From Nitrospinaceae bacterium (GTDB lineage: Bacteria > Nitrospinota > Nitrospinia > Nitrospinales > VA-1): DNA of 63,413 bases. Below the pieces are notes generated by a model. The model made no database searches and had not been told where the DNA came from. It saw nothing but the letters and a program-made list of their open reading frames with translations. The DNA is taken from NCBI GenBank assembly GCA_029261475.1, contig JAJDBG010000018.1:1-63413 (forward strand), in the 5' to 3' direction. The position numbers and the translations under genes are program-made. Shown one piece after another: positions 43,248-53,074 of this stretch. Position 1 is the first letter of the stretch; every line of letters starts with the position of its first letter.

Positions 43248-46127
43248 TTACACCTTAAACACCTTCATCACCTCATCACCAAGATGATTAATTACCTTTA
43301 CCGCAATTCGCCCGGACTCCGGTTTATCGAACGGACGCGAGGTGTCGCTGTGCAGGGTTTCCCAGGCTTCCTGGTTGATTTCAGCTTTGAGGGTGGTTTT
43401 GAGGGATTTGTACGGGTCGCCAGCACCGAGGAAATAAGCGTGGCGCACGAAAAAACTTTCCTCATTATAATCGGTATCGATGAACCAGCAGGCGATGCCA
43501 TCCGCGTCGTCGCTGCGGACTTCGCCGGTTTGGGGATGGAAAACATCCACACCGTTGACCTTCACCTGAATCTGACCATCTTCGGCATCAAGGATGTCAA
43601 TGTCCGGTTCACCGAAGATGACGAACAGGTTGCCTTTGCCGGTGTTTTTGAGGTCATCGGCCATGTGTAGGTCGGCGTTCATGCGCGCTTTCAAAACCGG
43701 GATGCGGCCGAGTTTCTCGAATTCCGACGAGTGCGCATCGTAGTTGAAAGCGCAGGCAATCAAGGCATCGAAGCCAGCGTCCCCAGCCTCGCGGGCAGCA
43801 GCAACCAGATCGGGACGCGATACTGTGCCGAACTCCGGGCCAATGAAAATACCGAGGCGTTTCTCTTTACCGCTTCCCTCCTCGCTCTCGTCGTAGCGGC
43901 CTTCGGCGCAGACGTAATGTCCAGGCCATGGCGTGATGGACGTGAACTGAATTCGGTCTTCCTTGTGCGCTTGCTGTACGCCGGAGGTCTTGAGGTTTTC
44001 CAGGATGATTTCAGCAAAATCGCGTGTTTTGGCGAAACCGTCCTGATGGTCTGAGATTTTGTCGATGGGTTCATCATTTTCGTTTACAGTCAGCACACGA
44101 TGAGGCGACAGGCTCTCCACCGTGAACGGGCCGGCGACGTGAACTTTTTTGTTATCGGTGTACGGTTTGTCATACAGGTATTCGTAATCTGCTTTGGCGG
44201 CAATGGAAGCATCGATTTCTTTTTGGCGGGCAATTCGGGCTTCCCAGAACGTATCGAACGGCTCGAGGGCAGTCTGCGGCCAGTCATCCGGGAAATCTCT
44301 TGGTACTTCCCAATCCAGCAAAGCGCCTACCGATACTTCTTCGCCGGAGAGCAGTTCAACCGTAGCATTTTCCGGTGCGGTGAAATCAACTTTTTTACCC
44401 TGGCGACCACCGGTAGCCACTTTGAAGGGTTTACCATGCCCACACAGTGCTGCGTTCAGCTCGGTGAGTGCGCCTTGTATTTTGGGCTGCCACTTTTCCC
44501 AAACGACATCAATTTCAGCGTTATTAGCGATGGACTTGAGGGTGATATGCGGTACGCGCTCATACACAAAACCTTGCCGAATGTTACCATAAGTTGGCGC
44601 TGTGGATGGCGCAGTCAGGGTAATTTCAGCTTCTTTTTGCTGGCCTTCCTTGCTATCGGCTAAGATATAATATGGGTAGCGTGCGCCCATAATCCGTGCG
44701 CGGGCAAGAGCCAAAGCGACCCGTGAAGTGTCAATGGTGATCCAACGCCGACCCCATTGCTCGCAAACATAGCCCGTTGTGCCGGAGCCGCAAGTGGGAT
44801 CGAGAATGAGGTCGCCCGGATCGGTGGTCATGAGAACGCAGCGTTTCACAAGTTCAGTGGCTGATTGTACTACATACACTTTTGGGTCAGTGCGACTTTG
44901 AATACCACCAATATCTGTCCAAATATTGGAAGCCGGAATTACTCGGAAATCATCAAGTTTTCTTATATAACGCGGTCGCGTTTTTGATGGAACTATTCGC
45001 CCAGCCATATCAACTCGATACAGTTCTTCGACTCTTACCGTCCAATGCCTGGTTGGGGGGGGAGAGTATTTTCTGCCCTGAAAGGTAAACGGTCGAACGC
45101 TATTATCAGCTTGTGCACCCTCAGAAGTGATTTCGCTATCAACGACGTATACATCAGGCAAAATACAATACCCTTTTAGAGAAGAATATGATGAGGCAGG
45201 TTTGTACTTTGTCCCACCTGATTCTCCAACGGTTTTTTCAGAGTACAACTGTCTATATTTAATCTGATTGGGGTTCTTGGCATACCACAAAATAAAATCA
45301 TTTATATTAGAAAGCAGTGAGCTTGTAAAACCAGATGTCTTACTTATTGAAATCTCACTTACAAAGTTATCTTCTCCAAACACTTCATCCATCAACGCAC
45401 GGACTCGATGCACATTCTCATCTCCAATCTGCACAAAAATAGAGCCGGACTCGGTCAACAAATCACGCGCCACGGTCAGGCGGTCGCGTAGGTAAGTAAG
45501 GTAGGAATGAATACCATCACGCCAAGTATCGCGGAAAGCCTTCACCTGCTCCGGTTCGCGTGTGATATGATCGGCCTTGCCGTCCGTCACATCACGGCTG
45601 GTAGTAGACCACTGAAAATTGGAGTTGAATTTAATGCCATAAGGAGGGTCAAGATAAATGCACTGCACTTTGCCGCGCAAGCCTTCACGTTCAGCCAGCG
45701 AAGCCATTACTTGCAGGCTGTCGCCCAGAATCATGCGGTTGCTCCAATTCGCGTCGTGCTGGTAAAACTCGGTTTTGGCAGCTTCGTTGGGCAGGCCATT
45801 AAAATCCCCAAATAAGTCGGCTTGTTGCATCTGACTTTCTTCTTGCTCGCGAGTTTGCTGTAGTAGATCATCAATCAGCACTTTCGGGTGAACCTTCTCC
45901 TGGATATAGAGCGGCGGTGCCGGTACAACCAGGTCAGACCAGTCCTGCTCATCCTTACCCCGCCAAACAAGCTGCGGATCGAGGTCACGGTTACGGCGTT
46001 CATACGCCACCTGGACTGGGCTTTTTTCCTCATCCCGCATAACCGACTCGAATTCAGCCGTAGGGATATTTTTGCGCTTAGATTCCTCGTGCTTTATAGA
46101 TACGATGGTTTTCTTTTGTTTCGCCAT
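43248..46127 (-). CDS. mod: Type III-like R-M DNA methyltransferase (Mod; N6_N4 beta-class)
   Basis: 959 aa. Motif IV IYLDPPYG precedes motif I DPTCGSGTTG, with a ~250-aa variable region between them. Long C-terminal extension. Confidence 0.85.
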   Translation of the reverse strand: MAKQKKTIVSIKHEESKRKNIPTAEFESVMRDEEKSPVQVAYERRNRDLDPQLVWRGKDEQDWSDLVVPAPPLYIQEKVHPKVLIDDLLQQTREQEESQMQQADLFGDFNGLPNEAAKTEFYQHDANWSNRMILGDSLQVMASLAEREGLRGKVQCIYLDPPYGIKFNSNFQWSTTSRDVTDGKADHITREPEQVKAFRDTWRDGIHSYLTYLRDRLTVARDLLTESGSIFVQIGDENVHRVRALMDEVFGEDNFVSEISISKTSGFTSSLLSNINDFILWYAKNPNQIKYRQLYSEKTVGESGGTKYKPASSYSSLKGYCILPDVYVVDSEITSEGAQADNSVRPFTFQGRKYSPPPTRHWTVRVEELYRVDMAGRIVPSKTRPRYIRKLDDFRVIPASNIWTDIGGIQSRTDPKVYVVQSATELVKRCVLMTTDPGDLILDPTCGSGTTGYVCEQWGRRWITIDTSRVALALARARIMGARYPYYILADSKEGQQKEAEITLTAPSTAPTYGNIRQGFVYERVPHITLKSIANNAEIDVVWEKWQPKIQGALTELNAALCGHGKPFKVATGGRQGKKVDFTAPENATVELLSGEEVSVGALLDWEVPRDFPDDWPQTALEPFDTFWEARIARQKEIDASIAAKADYEYLYDKPYTDNKKVHVAGPFTVESLSPHRVLTVNENDEPIDKISDHQDGFAKTRDFAEIILENLKTSGVQQAHKEDRIQFTSITPWPGHYVCAEGRYDESEEGSGKEKRLGIFIGPEFGTVSRPDLVAAAREAGDAGFDALIACAFNYDAHSSEFEKLGRIPVLKARMNADLHMADDLKNTGKGNLFVIFGEPDIDILDAEDGQIQVKVNGVDVFHPQTGEVRSDDADGIACWFIDTDYNEESFFVRHAYFLGAGDPYKSLKTTLKAEINQEAWETLHSDTSRPFDKPESGRIAVKVINHLGDEVMKVFKV

Positions 46128-46146
46128 TTTATGCTTTAATTTGTTT

Positions 46147-47391
46147 TTATTTATTTTGCGACTTAACAGTTAAATTTTGTTTCTTCCTGCTCATTTGCTT
46201 TTCAAATTTCTTCTTGAGAGCGTCCATTATTGCGACCTTTGCTTCACCTGCCCATTCAGCAAAATCTCCCTGATATAAGAAAACATTGCTATGCTTAAAA
46301 GTATCATGCTCCAAATAAGGAAAAACCTTACTCAACTGTATTTTCTGTTTTTCCAAGTCCATTTGGTCTATGTAGAATACAAACTTATATGCAGCATCAC
46401 CGAGATCCTCAGCATACTGTTTAATAAGAAACCTTAACATGGCATCTTCTTCTGGCATACTATATCCTACAATAACAAGCAAATCGCTTTCTCGTAGTAA
46501 CCTCACTGCTTTGGGAAAAATGGATGAAAAATAAGGTTCATTATACTCCTGTTCCCTTGTGGGTAAAATGATCTTAGGCGGGTTTTTACTTATTGTATTT
46601 GATTCCTTGGCCAAATAATCCAATTCATACCCTCCATTAACAGGGTATATCTCAAATCCACCATTAATTTTGATTAAATTTCGAACTATGAAATGATCAT
46701 GTATTGACTCTTGAAAGTCAAGACCATGTATCTTAAGAGGAGTAAAGCCTCTATATATATAATTGAAAATGCTATCATCATTATAAATAGCATTATCAAG
46801 AATCGTTTCTAAGGTAAAATCATAGTTCGTCGTAACAAAGTGAAATCTCACACCTGAAGGTATTCCAGTGCTTGCATCTTCATGTTCTGACAATGACTGA
46901 AAAAAATTCAAAATATTACTTTGTAATTGGGATACGTCTTGTCCTATTGCAAATTTCTGTTCGTTTGGATCAAAATAGTTAATAGGCATCAAATCGCTAA
47001 ATCGTTTGTAGATTATTGAAATCAAATCATTCAAAATAATCGAAATATTGTTGACATCAATATAGCGGGTTCTTAAAACCGGGTAGCGTTTCTGCACAGA
47101 TAAATTGTAAACCAAGTCCTTTAAATGAGAATCATCTAATTGCATTCCTATTGGGTAACCATGAGAAGATAGAAAAGTATCGATTTTTTCATTGTAGGTT
47201 CTTATATCTCTTTTTTCAATCTGGAATAATTCGCTTCCTTTAGGATACCTTTGATCCCAAGATTTTGAAAAACCTGCCCCAGCCAAAAAAACTACATTGA
47301 AGAGTGGTGCCATCTGAGTACCCTGGGAACTCTTGGCCGCGATTATTTTAGCGAAACTATCTACTGACTGATCTTTTGATACATTAATCAT
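46147..47391 (-). CDS. SIR2-family (SIR2_2-type) protein, putative NAD+-consuming effector
   Basis: 414 aa. Ordered signature FLAGAGFS, FVTTNYD, LKIHG, LLVIVGYSMPEED. The ATG overlaps the last 8 nt of res. Visibly AT-rich relative to both neighbours. Confidence 0.8.
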   Translation of the reverse strand: MINVSKDQSVDSFAKIIAAKSSQGTQMAPLFNVVFLAGAGFSKSWDQRYPKGSELFQIEKRDIRTYNEKIDTFLSSHGYPIGMQLDDSHLKDLVYNLSVQKRYPVLRTRYIDVNNISIILNDLISIIYKRFSDLMPINYFDPNEQKFAIGQDVSQLQSNILNFFQSLSEHEDASTGIPSGVRFHFVTTNYDFTLETILDNAIYNDDSIFNYIYRGFTPLKIHGLDFQESIHDHFIVRNLIKINGGFEIYPVNGGYELDYLAKESNTISKNPPKIILPTREQEYNEPYFSSIFPKAVRLLRESDLLVIVGYSMPEEDAMLRFLIKQYAEDLGDAAYKFVFYIDQMDLEKQKIQLSKVFPYLEHDTFKHSNVFLYQGDFAEWAGEAKVAIMDALKKKFEKQMSRKKQNLTVKSQNK

Positions 47392-50300
47392 TTTCTAATT
47401 TACTGCAAAACTCTATGAATTCTTGCTCAATTTCAAATACTTTGGTGAACTCAGCAAACGCCCAACGGCCATATTTGCCAAGATTGTTGATGCCGGGTAT
47501 CCAGTAGGTTTCCATAGTCGTCTTTTTGTCTTTGGCATCTTCACGTCGGTAGCCTTTGATTTCAACAATCAAATGCAGCGGGTCGTCGCGGCCGTCATCA
47601 ACCAACACAATGAAGTCGGGAATGTAGGTTCGGGTTTCCGAACCGTAACGGTAAGGTACTTCCAGGCCGAGGTTATGATTTTTGACATAGGCTTTAACCT
47701 GCGGATGGGATTCCACCACGCGGCAGAATTCGGCCTCCCAGTCACTATCCAGGATAACCCAATTGATATGGCATTTGCGCGCATCGGCCTGCCAGCGGTT
47801 GGTTTTGGATGTGGTGAAGTTAACGTGCATTGTGGAACTAACCGGATTGTATGAATCGAGAACCGCCTTGATGGTGTGTTCATCCGCCATCGAGCTTGTT
47901 ATGCCAGCGGTAATTCGCTCGCAGGCCATGTCGGCGAGCATCTTGTATTTTAGCTGTGCCGGATACGTGCCGCCTTTGCAGACCAGATAATTTTCCAGCC
48001 AGTTCCTGGCAATGCGTTTGAGCTGGCCAAAAAGCTGCAAGCGCGGGTCGCCATCCGGATCGCGCCACTTGGTTAAAACCAGATGCGAGGTCAGTTCATA
48101 AAGCACTTGCGACGGTCTGACATCGCCGGTGTGTACGAGATTAAGGTCAACTTTCTCGCCAATAATACCAGCATTTTGTGTTTCGGTAGCGCCCACCAAA
48201 TCAGGCGTAAGTTCCAGAACAGAGTCATCCGTAAAGTTTGCGGTCAGGCGGTCTTCCGCCAGTTCGACCCGGTAACCCGCAACACGCGGGAACCTGATTT
48301 CGAGGTGGTCGCGTTCAGGGCGCACCGCCTTAACCTGAACGGTCACACGCGGCGGCTGTGGACCAACCACCACCGGCTTGGCCGTAAAATCGAATGGAAT
48401 ACCTAGAACATCGGCGTATTCAACATTAAATAAATTTTCTTCATTGAGGGCATAAGATTGGCGGCGCAAGGCACGACCAATCACCTGTTCGCACAGAAGC
48501 TGTGTGCCAAAGGCGCGAATACCCAAAATGTGCGTTACAGTATTGGCATCCCAACCTTCGGTCAACATTGAAACCGATACCACACAGCGAATCGAATCGC
48601 CCAACCTGCCAGGCTTACCGACTGTATTCATAACCTCGCGCAGTAAATCCTGGTCGGTGATATTCTCGGCTTGTCGCTGGTCGCCGGTACGTTCAACAAT
48701 TTCGCGGCGAAAGCGTTCAATCTCGTCGCTGGCCATTGTGCGAAAATTCTTGTCTAGGGCGTCACCTGATTCAAGTTGAACACTGTCAATCAGTAGTGTA
48801 CGTGGACGCCCCAGTGGGTCACCGTGTTCATTGAAATTCCTGAACAATGGCAAGCGGCCTTGCTCAAGCTGACTGGAGCCGTCCTTGCTCACCCTCCGGA
48901 AGCCAGAGATATAGTCATAAACCAACTTAGAAGTGGAGGTGTTATTACAAACCACAATGAAGCATGGCGAAACCGGTATATCCGCTTGCGCCCAGCATTC
49001 GTAGGTTTTTTCATAATGGCCGTAAAGCGCATCTAGTGCAGTTTGCAGTTGCGGCGGTAGGTCAAACGGATTGAGTTCAGTGTCTTTTCCGCGTTTCTTC
49101 TTGGGCATTTTGTCGCGGATATGCTTCCAGAGATCCCGATACATTGGCACTTCAGCACCTGGGATATTATCAGCAACCGGGACACGCGGTAGTTTGACTA
49201 TGCCGCATTCGATAGCATCCATCAAAGAGAAGTCACTCATTGTCCATGGGAACAGCGTGCCTTCGGCATAACCGGAACCGCTCAAAAAGAAAGGAGTTGC
49301 GGAAAGGTCAATTACGCGTGCAACACCAAGCTTGCGTTTAACTATTTCGAGTCCGGAAATCCAGAGACGCGCAGCCTCGCGGTTTTTTTCGGCTTCTTTT
49401 TTATCGTCGCCTTTCAGGTCGCCCTCTTCATCTTCACCAGGCTTTTCACGATAGCAGTGATGCGCTTCATCGTTGATGACCAGAATGTTCTTCATGCCCA
49501 TGAGTTCTTTCATAGAGCGTTGCAACATTTGGCCTTCGGTTTCGAGTGTATTCAATGGATCGCCACGACCTTGGAGGAGTGAACGTCCGCCCTTTGAAAG
49601 CTCCATTTTCTCGCGCAGCTTAAAGGCGTGGAAATTGGTGATGACGATTTTCGTGCGTTCCAAATCGGGCAGCATATCGTTTGGCACGAGTTCGCGGCTT
49701 TGGTAATAGCTATCGGGATCGTTCGGTTGTAGCACCCGCAAGCGGTCTTTGATGGTCAAGCCCGGCGTTACCACCAGAAAGCCACGCGTGAATCGGCTGC
49801 TTGTAGGGCGACGTACAGCATTGATGGTCTGCCAGGCAATTAACATAGCCATGACTGTGGTTTTGCCAGCACCGGTGGCTAACTTAAGCGCCAGCCGCAT
49901 GAGTTCGGGATTGGCTGAATTGTTGGCATCTTTCAGATAATCAAGAAACGCCTGTCCGATTTTTCCTGCTCTAGGCGCGACTTCAGTGAGCCAGATAGCG
50001 GTCTCTACGGCTTCCACCTGACAGAAGAATGGCCGGATGTCATTGAATTGATGGTGCCGCCAGTGTTGCAGCAGACGGGCTGTCTCCGGTGTCACTTGCC
50101 AATCACCAGAATTAGGTAGGCTGCGCCATTGGTCAATTTGCTTACGCAGTTCGTTGATCACGGGTGCAGTATCGTACTGTTGTTTTTCTGAGGAAAGGCC
50201 TTTACCTTCGTCCAGGACTATTTCTTGTTGTTGTGCTGAACCTTTGCGTTTTCTCGGTTTTGGAATAGGTGTGATGAACTCGACCCAACGCCTCCGGTTT

Positions 50301-50404
50301 ACGATCTCCTGAGTAGGTTGGCCTTCTTCATCAAGTTCCCAGTGGCTTGCGGGATACTCGTAGGGTGAGTTAAGAATTGGTTTTTCGAAAAAGTTACTTT
50401 CCAA
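47384..50404 (-). CDS. res: Type III-like restriction enzyme Res subunit (SF2 helicase + C-terminal PD-(D/E)xK-like nuclease)
   Basis: 1006 aa. N-terminus FFEKPILNSPYEYPASHWELDEEGQPT, Walker A LATGAGKTTVMA, DEAH box VINDEAHHC, C-terminal YIPDFIVLVDD...IVEIKG. Confidence 0.85.
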   Translation of the reverse strand: MESNFFEKPILNSPYEYPASHWELDEEGQPTQEIVNRRRWVEFITPIPKPRKRKGSAQQQEIVLDEGKGLSSEKQQYDTAPVINELRKQIDQWRSLPNSGDWQVTPETARLLQHWRHHQFNDIRPFFCQVEAVETAIWLTEVAPRAGKIGQAFLDYLKDANNSANPELMRLALKLATGAGKTTVMAMLIAWQTINAVRRPTSSRFTRGFLVVTPGLTIKDRLRVLQPNDPDSYYQSRELVPNDMLPDLERTKIVITNFHAFKLREKMELSKGGRSLLQGRGDPLNTLETEGQMLQRSMKELMGMKNILVINDEAHHCYREKPGEDEEGDLKGDDKKEAEKNREAARLWISGLEIVKRKLGVARVIDLSATPFFLSGSGYAEGTLFPWTMSDFSLMDAIECGIVKLPRVPVADNIPGAEVPMYRDLWKHIRDKMPKKKRGKDTELNPFDLPPQLQTALDALYGHYEKTYECWAQADIPVSPCFIVVCNNTSTSKLVYDYISGFRRVSKDGSSQLEQGRLPLFRNFNEHGDPLGRPRTLLIDSVQLESGDALDKNFRTMASDEIERFRREIVERTGDQRQAENITDQDLLREVMNTVGKPGRLGDSIRCVVSVSMLTEGWDANTVTHILGIRAFGTQLLCEQVIGRALRRQSYALNEENLFNVEYADVLGIPFDFTAKPVVVGPQPPRVTVQVKAVRPERDHLEIRFPRVAGYRVELAEDRLTANFTDDSVLELTPDLVGATETQNAGIIGEKVDLNLVHTGDVRPSQVLYELTSHLVLTKWRDPDGDPRLQLFGQLKRIARNWLENYLVCKGGTYPAQLKYKMLADMACERITAGITSSMADEHTIKAVLDSYNPVSSTMHVNFTTSKTNRWQADARKCHINWVILDSDWEAEFCRVVESHPQVKAYVKNHNLGLEVPYRYGSETRTYIPDFIVLVDDGRDDPLHLIVEIKGYRREDAKDKKTTMETYWIPGINNLGKYGRWAFAEFTKVFEIEQEFIEFCSKLEND

Positions 50405-50794
50405 TTGTCAGCTTTCGTTTTGTGGTTATCGTTCGACTCACACTTCCAATCTTGGTGGACTGTAAAACAAAATGCAAAAATTCTAACAGGTTTAGCAGTA
50501 GTCCATGATGCTGAGTATTTTTAGTAAACTGAATATCAAATTAGGAAACACCGCTTTAACCCTGCCCCAATCCAAATTAGGAAAAGAAAATTAAAAGTCA
50601 AATTATATTGTAGGGGGTAAATTAACATTCTGGCTCAATTACATTAGGTCGTGTACACTTGAATAAGGCCATTCGCCAATGGGTATCTTATATCTTAATA
50701 ACAAATACTTTATAATGATAGGCCAGTTTACCCTGTTACATTATCGTACTTCACATTCTTTTTAAAAATTCCCTTATTAGCTCTGTCTGTCTTT

Positions 50795-51079
50795 TCATAA
50801 TCTGTTCCTAATCAACTGTAATCTTAACTCTCCAAGTACTTCATCCAGCCTTCTTAGTTTCACTTCAATTAATTCAAGCTTTTGATTATTGGTTTTGTCA
50901 GAATTAATAAGTTCAAGTATTTCAGATTGTAGTTGTGATAATCTTCGTTCAGTGGCGTCAATTCGGTTCTCCAGAATATAAAGTATTTCATTAATTTTTC
51001 CAGTAGTTTCGTTAAAACTACCTGTGGTTACACAGCCACTCGTAAAAATAAACAAACTAACTATAAAGAAGTATCTCAT
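50795..51079 (-). CDS. Small coiled-coil lipoprotein
   Basis: 94 aa. Lipobox FTSGC followed by heptad-rich sequence. ATGA overlap with the upstream gene. Confidence 0.5.
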   Translation of the reverse strand: MRYFFIVSLFIFTSGCVTTGSFNETTGKINEILYILENRIDATERRLSQLQSEILELINSDKTNNQKLELIEVKLRRLDEVLGELRLQLIRNRL

Positions 51080-51750
51080 TTTTTGTATAACGTTCGATAA
51101 TAATTAATGAAAGCCGTTTGTTCTTCGGTGTTAAAAGACTCTGCTACTAACCTAATTATTTCTATTTCGTTTTCAACTAAATATGCATTTCCGTATGTAC
51201 AACTTTTCACGGAATACTTAATCTCAAGAGGTGAATTCTGTAACAAATAGAAAGAATGATGACCATCGCTAGTGCTTCTAATCCCGTTCTCTGTTAGATA
51301 GTACTCACATCCACTTATCTCTATAACAGGCCCCCTCTGGGAAACTCTTTTAACTTTTATTAATAAAGGAGATGATATGGTGCCAAACTCCAAGATATCA
51401 TTTGTTCTAAGCTGTCTTTTATAAGATTTTTGAAAATCAAAACTACTCTGCCGATATTTTGCATTATCACTCGAAACACATTTTTGATATTTTTGTTTGA
51501 GCACATTGTGTTCTCCTTCAAGTCTTGAATGTTGCTCATATAAACTCTTATGTTCAGTTTGAAGTTTGCTATACCGTGTTTCTAGTCCATTGATCATACT
51601 TAACCTATTTTGACTTTCACGGGTTACTCGTTCAACATTTTGTGACATTTGCTCTACATCACTATTTTTGATTGCTAATGTTGTTACGGAACCAATAATT
51701 GCCGTTAGCAATGCAGGGACGAGTCTTTTTAACCATTCTTCGTGTATCAT
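51076..51750 (-). CDS. Hypothetical membrane-anchored coiled-coil protein
   Basis: 224 aa. N-terminal TM LVPALLTAIIGSVTTLAI, coiled coil, C-terminal beta-rich domain. Confidence 0.5.
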   Translation of the reverse strand: MIHEEWLKRLVPALLTAIIGSVTTLAIKNSDVEQMSQNVERVTRESQNRLSMINGLETRYSKLQTEHKSLYEQHSRLEGEHNVLKQKYQKCVSSDNAKYRQSSFDFQKSYKRQLRTNDILEFGTISSPLLIKVKRVSQRGPVIEISGCEYYLTENGIRSTSDGHHSFYLLQNSPLEIKYSVKSCTYGNAYLVENEIEIIRLVAESFNTEEQTAFINYYRTLYKK

Positions 51751-52078
51751 GATAAAGTAGTTTGCTTTTTAAAATCAATACTAGTTTGTGTCAAGAAGAC
51801 TATATTTAAGGAAGCATTTTCTATTCAAATAAGCAATTTTTATGCCAATAGAATATGTATTTTTTGCCTTGCTTTTCGCATATTGTTGTCTCACAATTCA
51901 TATAATTCTGGTTACTTGTTTCAAATTGGTACATTTCTTATAGTATGAAAACGTCACACCCATGATAGACCACCCTCCGCGTCGTCTATCCCCCACCCGA
52001 ATTTTGAAACGTCACTGCACAGATCCTTGCTGCACTCGGAACAGCTTGTGCCGTTGCTAATAAAAAAGCCAACTTAGA

Positions 52079-52867
52079 TCAGTTGGCTTGGTTTGTTTGG
52101 GCAGGCTTTTCAAAGACCGGCAAGTATTCATGGGCGATGAGCAAGAAATTGAGTTTCTGACTTGTGTTTTGCCATTTCTCGGTCATCTTGCAGTTATGTT
52201 GCTCTTTGATGATGATTTCTTTCAGAATGAACCCGGCACGCAGGTAGACGCGCATCAGCATAAAGCCCAATGGCACGACGCGTTTGTTTTTGCGGGTGTC
52301 GCCAATCAGGAAGGCACAACATCTTCCTGGTTTGAGCACCCGAAAATTCTCATTGGCGACGAAGTGCATTTCCTGCAAGAATTCATCAACCGCCAGGTGG
52401 GATAAGTCCCCTGCGGTGTCTTTCGAATACTGGATGATGTTAGCATACGGTGGATGCGTACAGATGAGGTCGATTGTGTTATCCTTAATTTTGGATAAAT
52501 CTCTGGCATCGCCTTGGGTGACTTGTGGTTCGTGGTAGCGGATTTCTTTGGGTAGTTTAAAGTTCAGATTTTGGCGGGTGAGTTTGATGGCGTTGTCATT
52601 GATGTCAATGGCGATGCTTTTCCTGCCCAGCAGTTTAGCTTCGATGGCGGTGGTACCGCTGCCGCAAAAACAATCCAAAATAGTTTCACCGCTTTTGGTG
52701 TATTTAAAAATGAGATTGCGCGGCACATACGGGCTCCAGTTGCCGCGATATTTGCCGGTTTGGTCATGGGTTGCCCAAATGCCTCTATCCGGAAAGCTCC
52801 AAACCGTTGTGGCTTCCGGTTGAAAGTCTTTCGGTTCCAGGGTTTCCGGTACTTCTCTTTTATTCAT
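52079..52867 (-). CDS. Orphan SAM-dependent (N6-adenine/N4-cytosine type) methyltransferase
   Basis: 262 aa. Motif I LDCFCGSGTTAIEA followed by the PPY motif LICTHPPYANI. No cognate nuclease is adjacent. Confidence 0.75.
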   Translation of the reverse strand: MNKREVPETLEPKDFQPEATTVWSFPDRGIWATHDQTGKYRGNWSPYVPRNLIFKYTKSGETILDCFCGSGTTAIEAKLLGRKSIAIDINDNAIKLTRQNLNFKLPKEIRYHEPQVTQGDARDLSKIKDNTIDLICTHPPYANIIQYSKDTAGDLSHLAVDEFLQEMHFVANENFRVLKPGRCCAFLIGDTRKNKRVVPLGFMLMRVYLRAGFILKEIIIKEQHNCKMTEKWQNTSQKLNFLLIAHEYLPVFEKPAQTNQAN

Positions 52868-52870
52868 GCC

Positions 52871-53074
52871 TTACCTCCTGTTGGTTTGATGTTCATTTTC
52901 AGTGACTACTACATCGATATTTTCTTCGTGTCCGCAGTCATGGCAGCGCTCATAGACAACTTCCACCAATCCTTGCGCCGGTTTATCAGGTTCTGTGGCG
53001 AAAACGTCGGTGATGGATACCAGTTGCTCCATATCGCCGCAACCATAGGGACATTCCATTTTTATACCCTCCAT
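52871..53074 (-). CDS. Small zinc-ribbon protein
   Basis: 67 aa. CPYGCG ... CHDCGH. It ends 3 nt before the methyltransferase start. Confidence 0.5.
   Translation of the reverse strand: MEGIKMECPYGCGDMEQLVSITDVFATEPDKPAQGLVEVVYERCHDCGHEENIDVVVTENEHQTNRR

Noticed and set aside
43284-45815. About a dozen ORFs (65-187 aa) on both strands within mod
   Set aside because: High-GC shadow ORFs. Only the 959-aa frame has methyltransferase motifs in the correct order.
47423-49940. Numerous ORFs on both strands within res
   Set aside because: Same reasoning. They are shadows of the 1006-aa helicase-nuclease frame.
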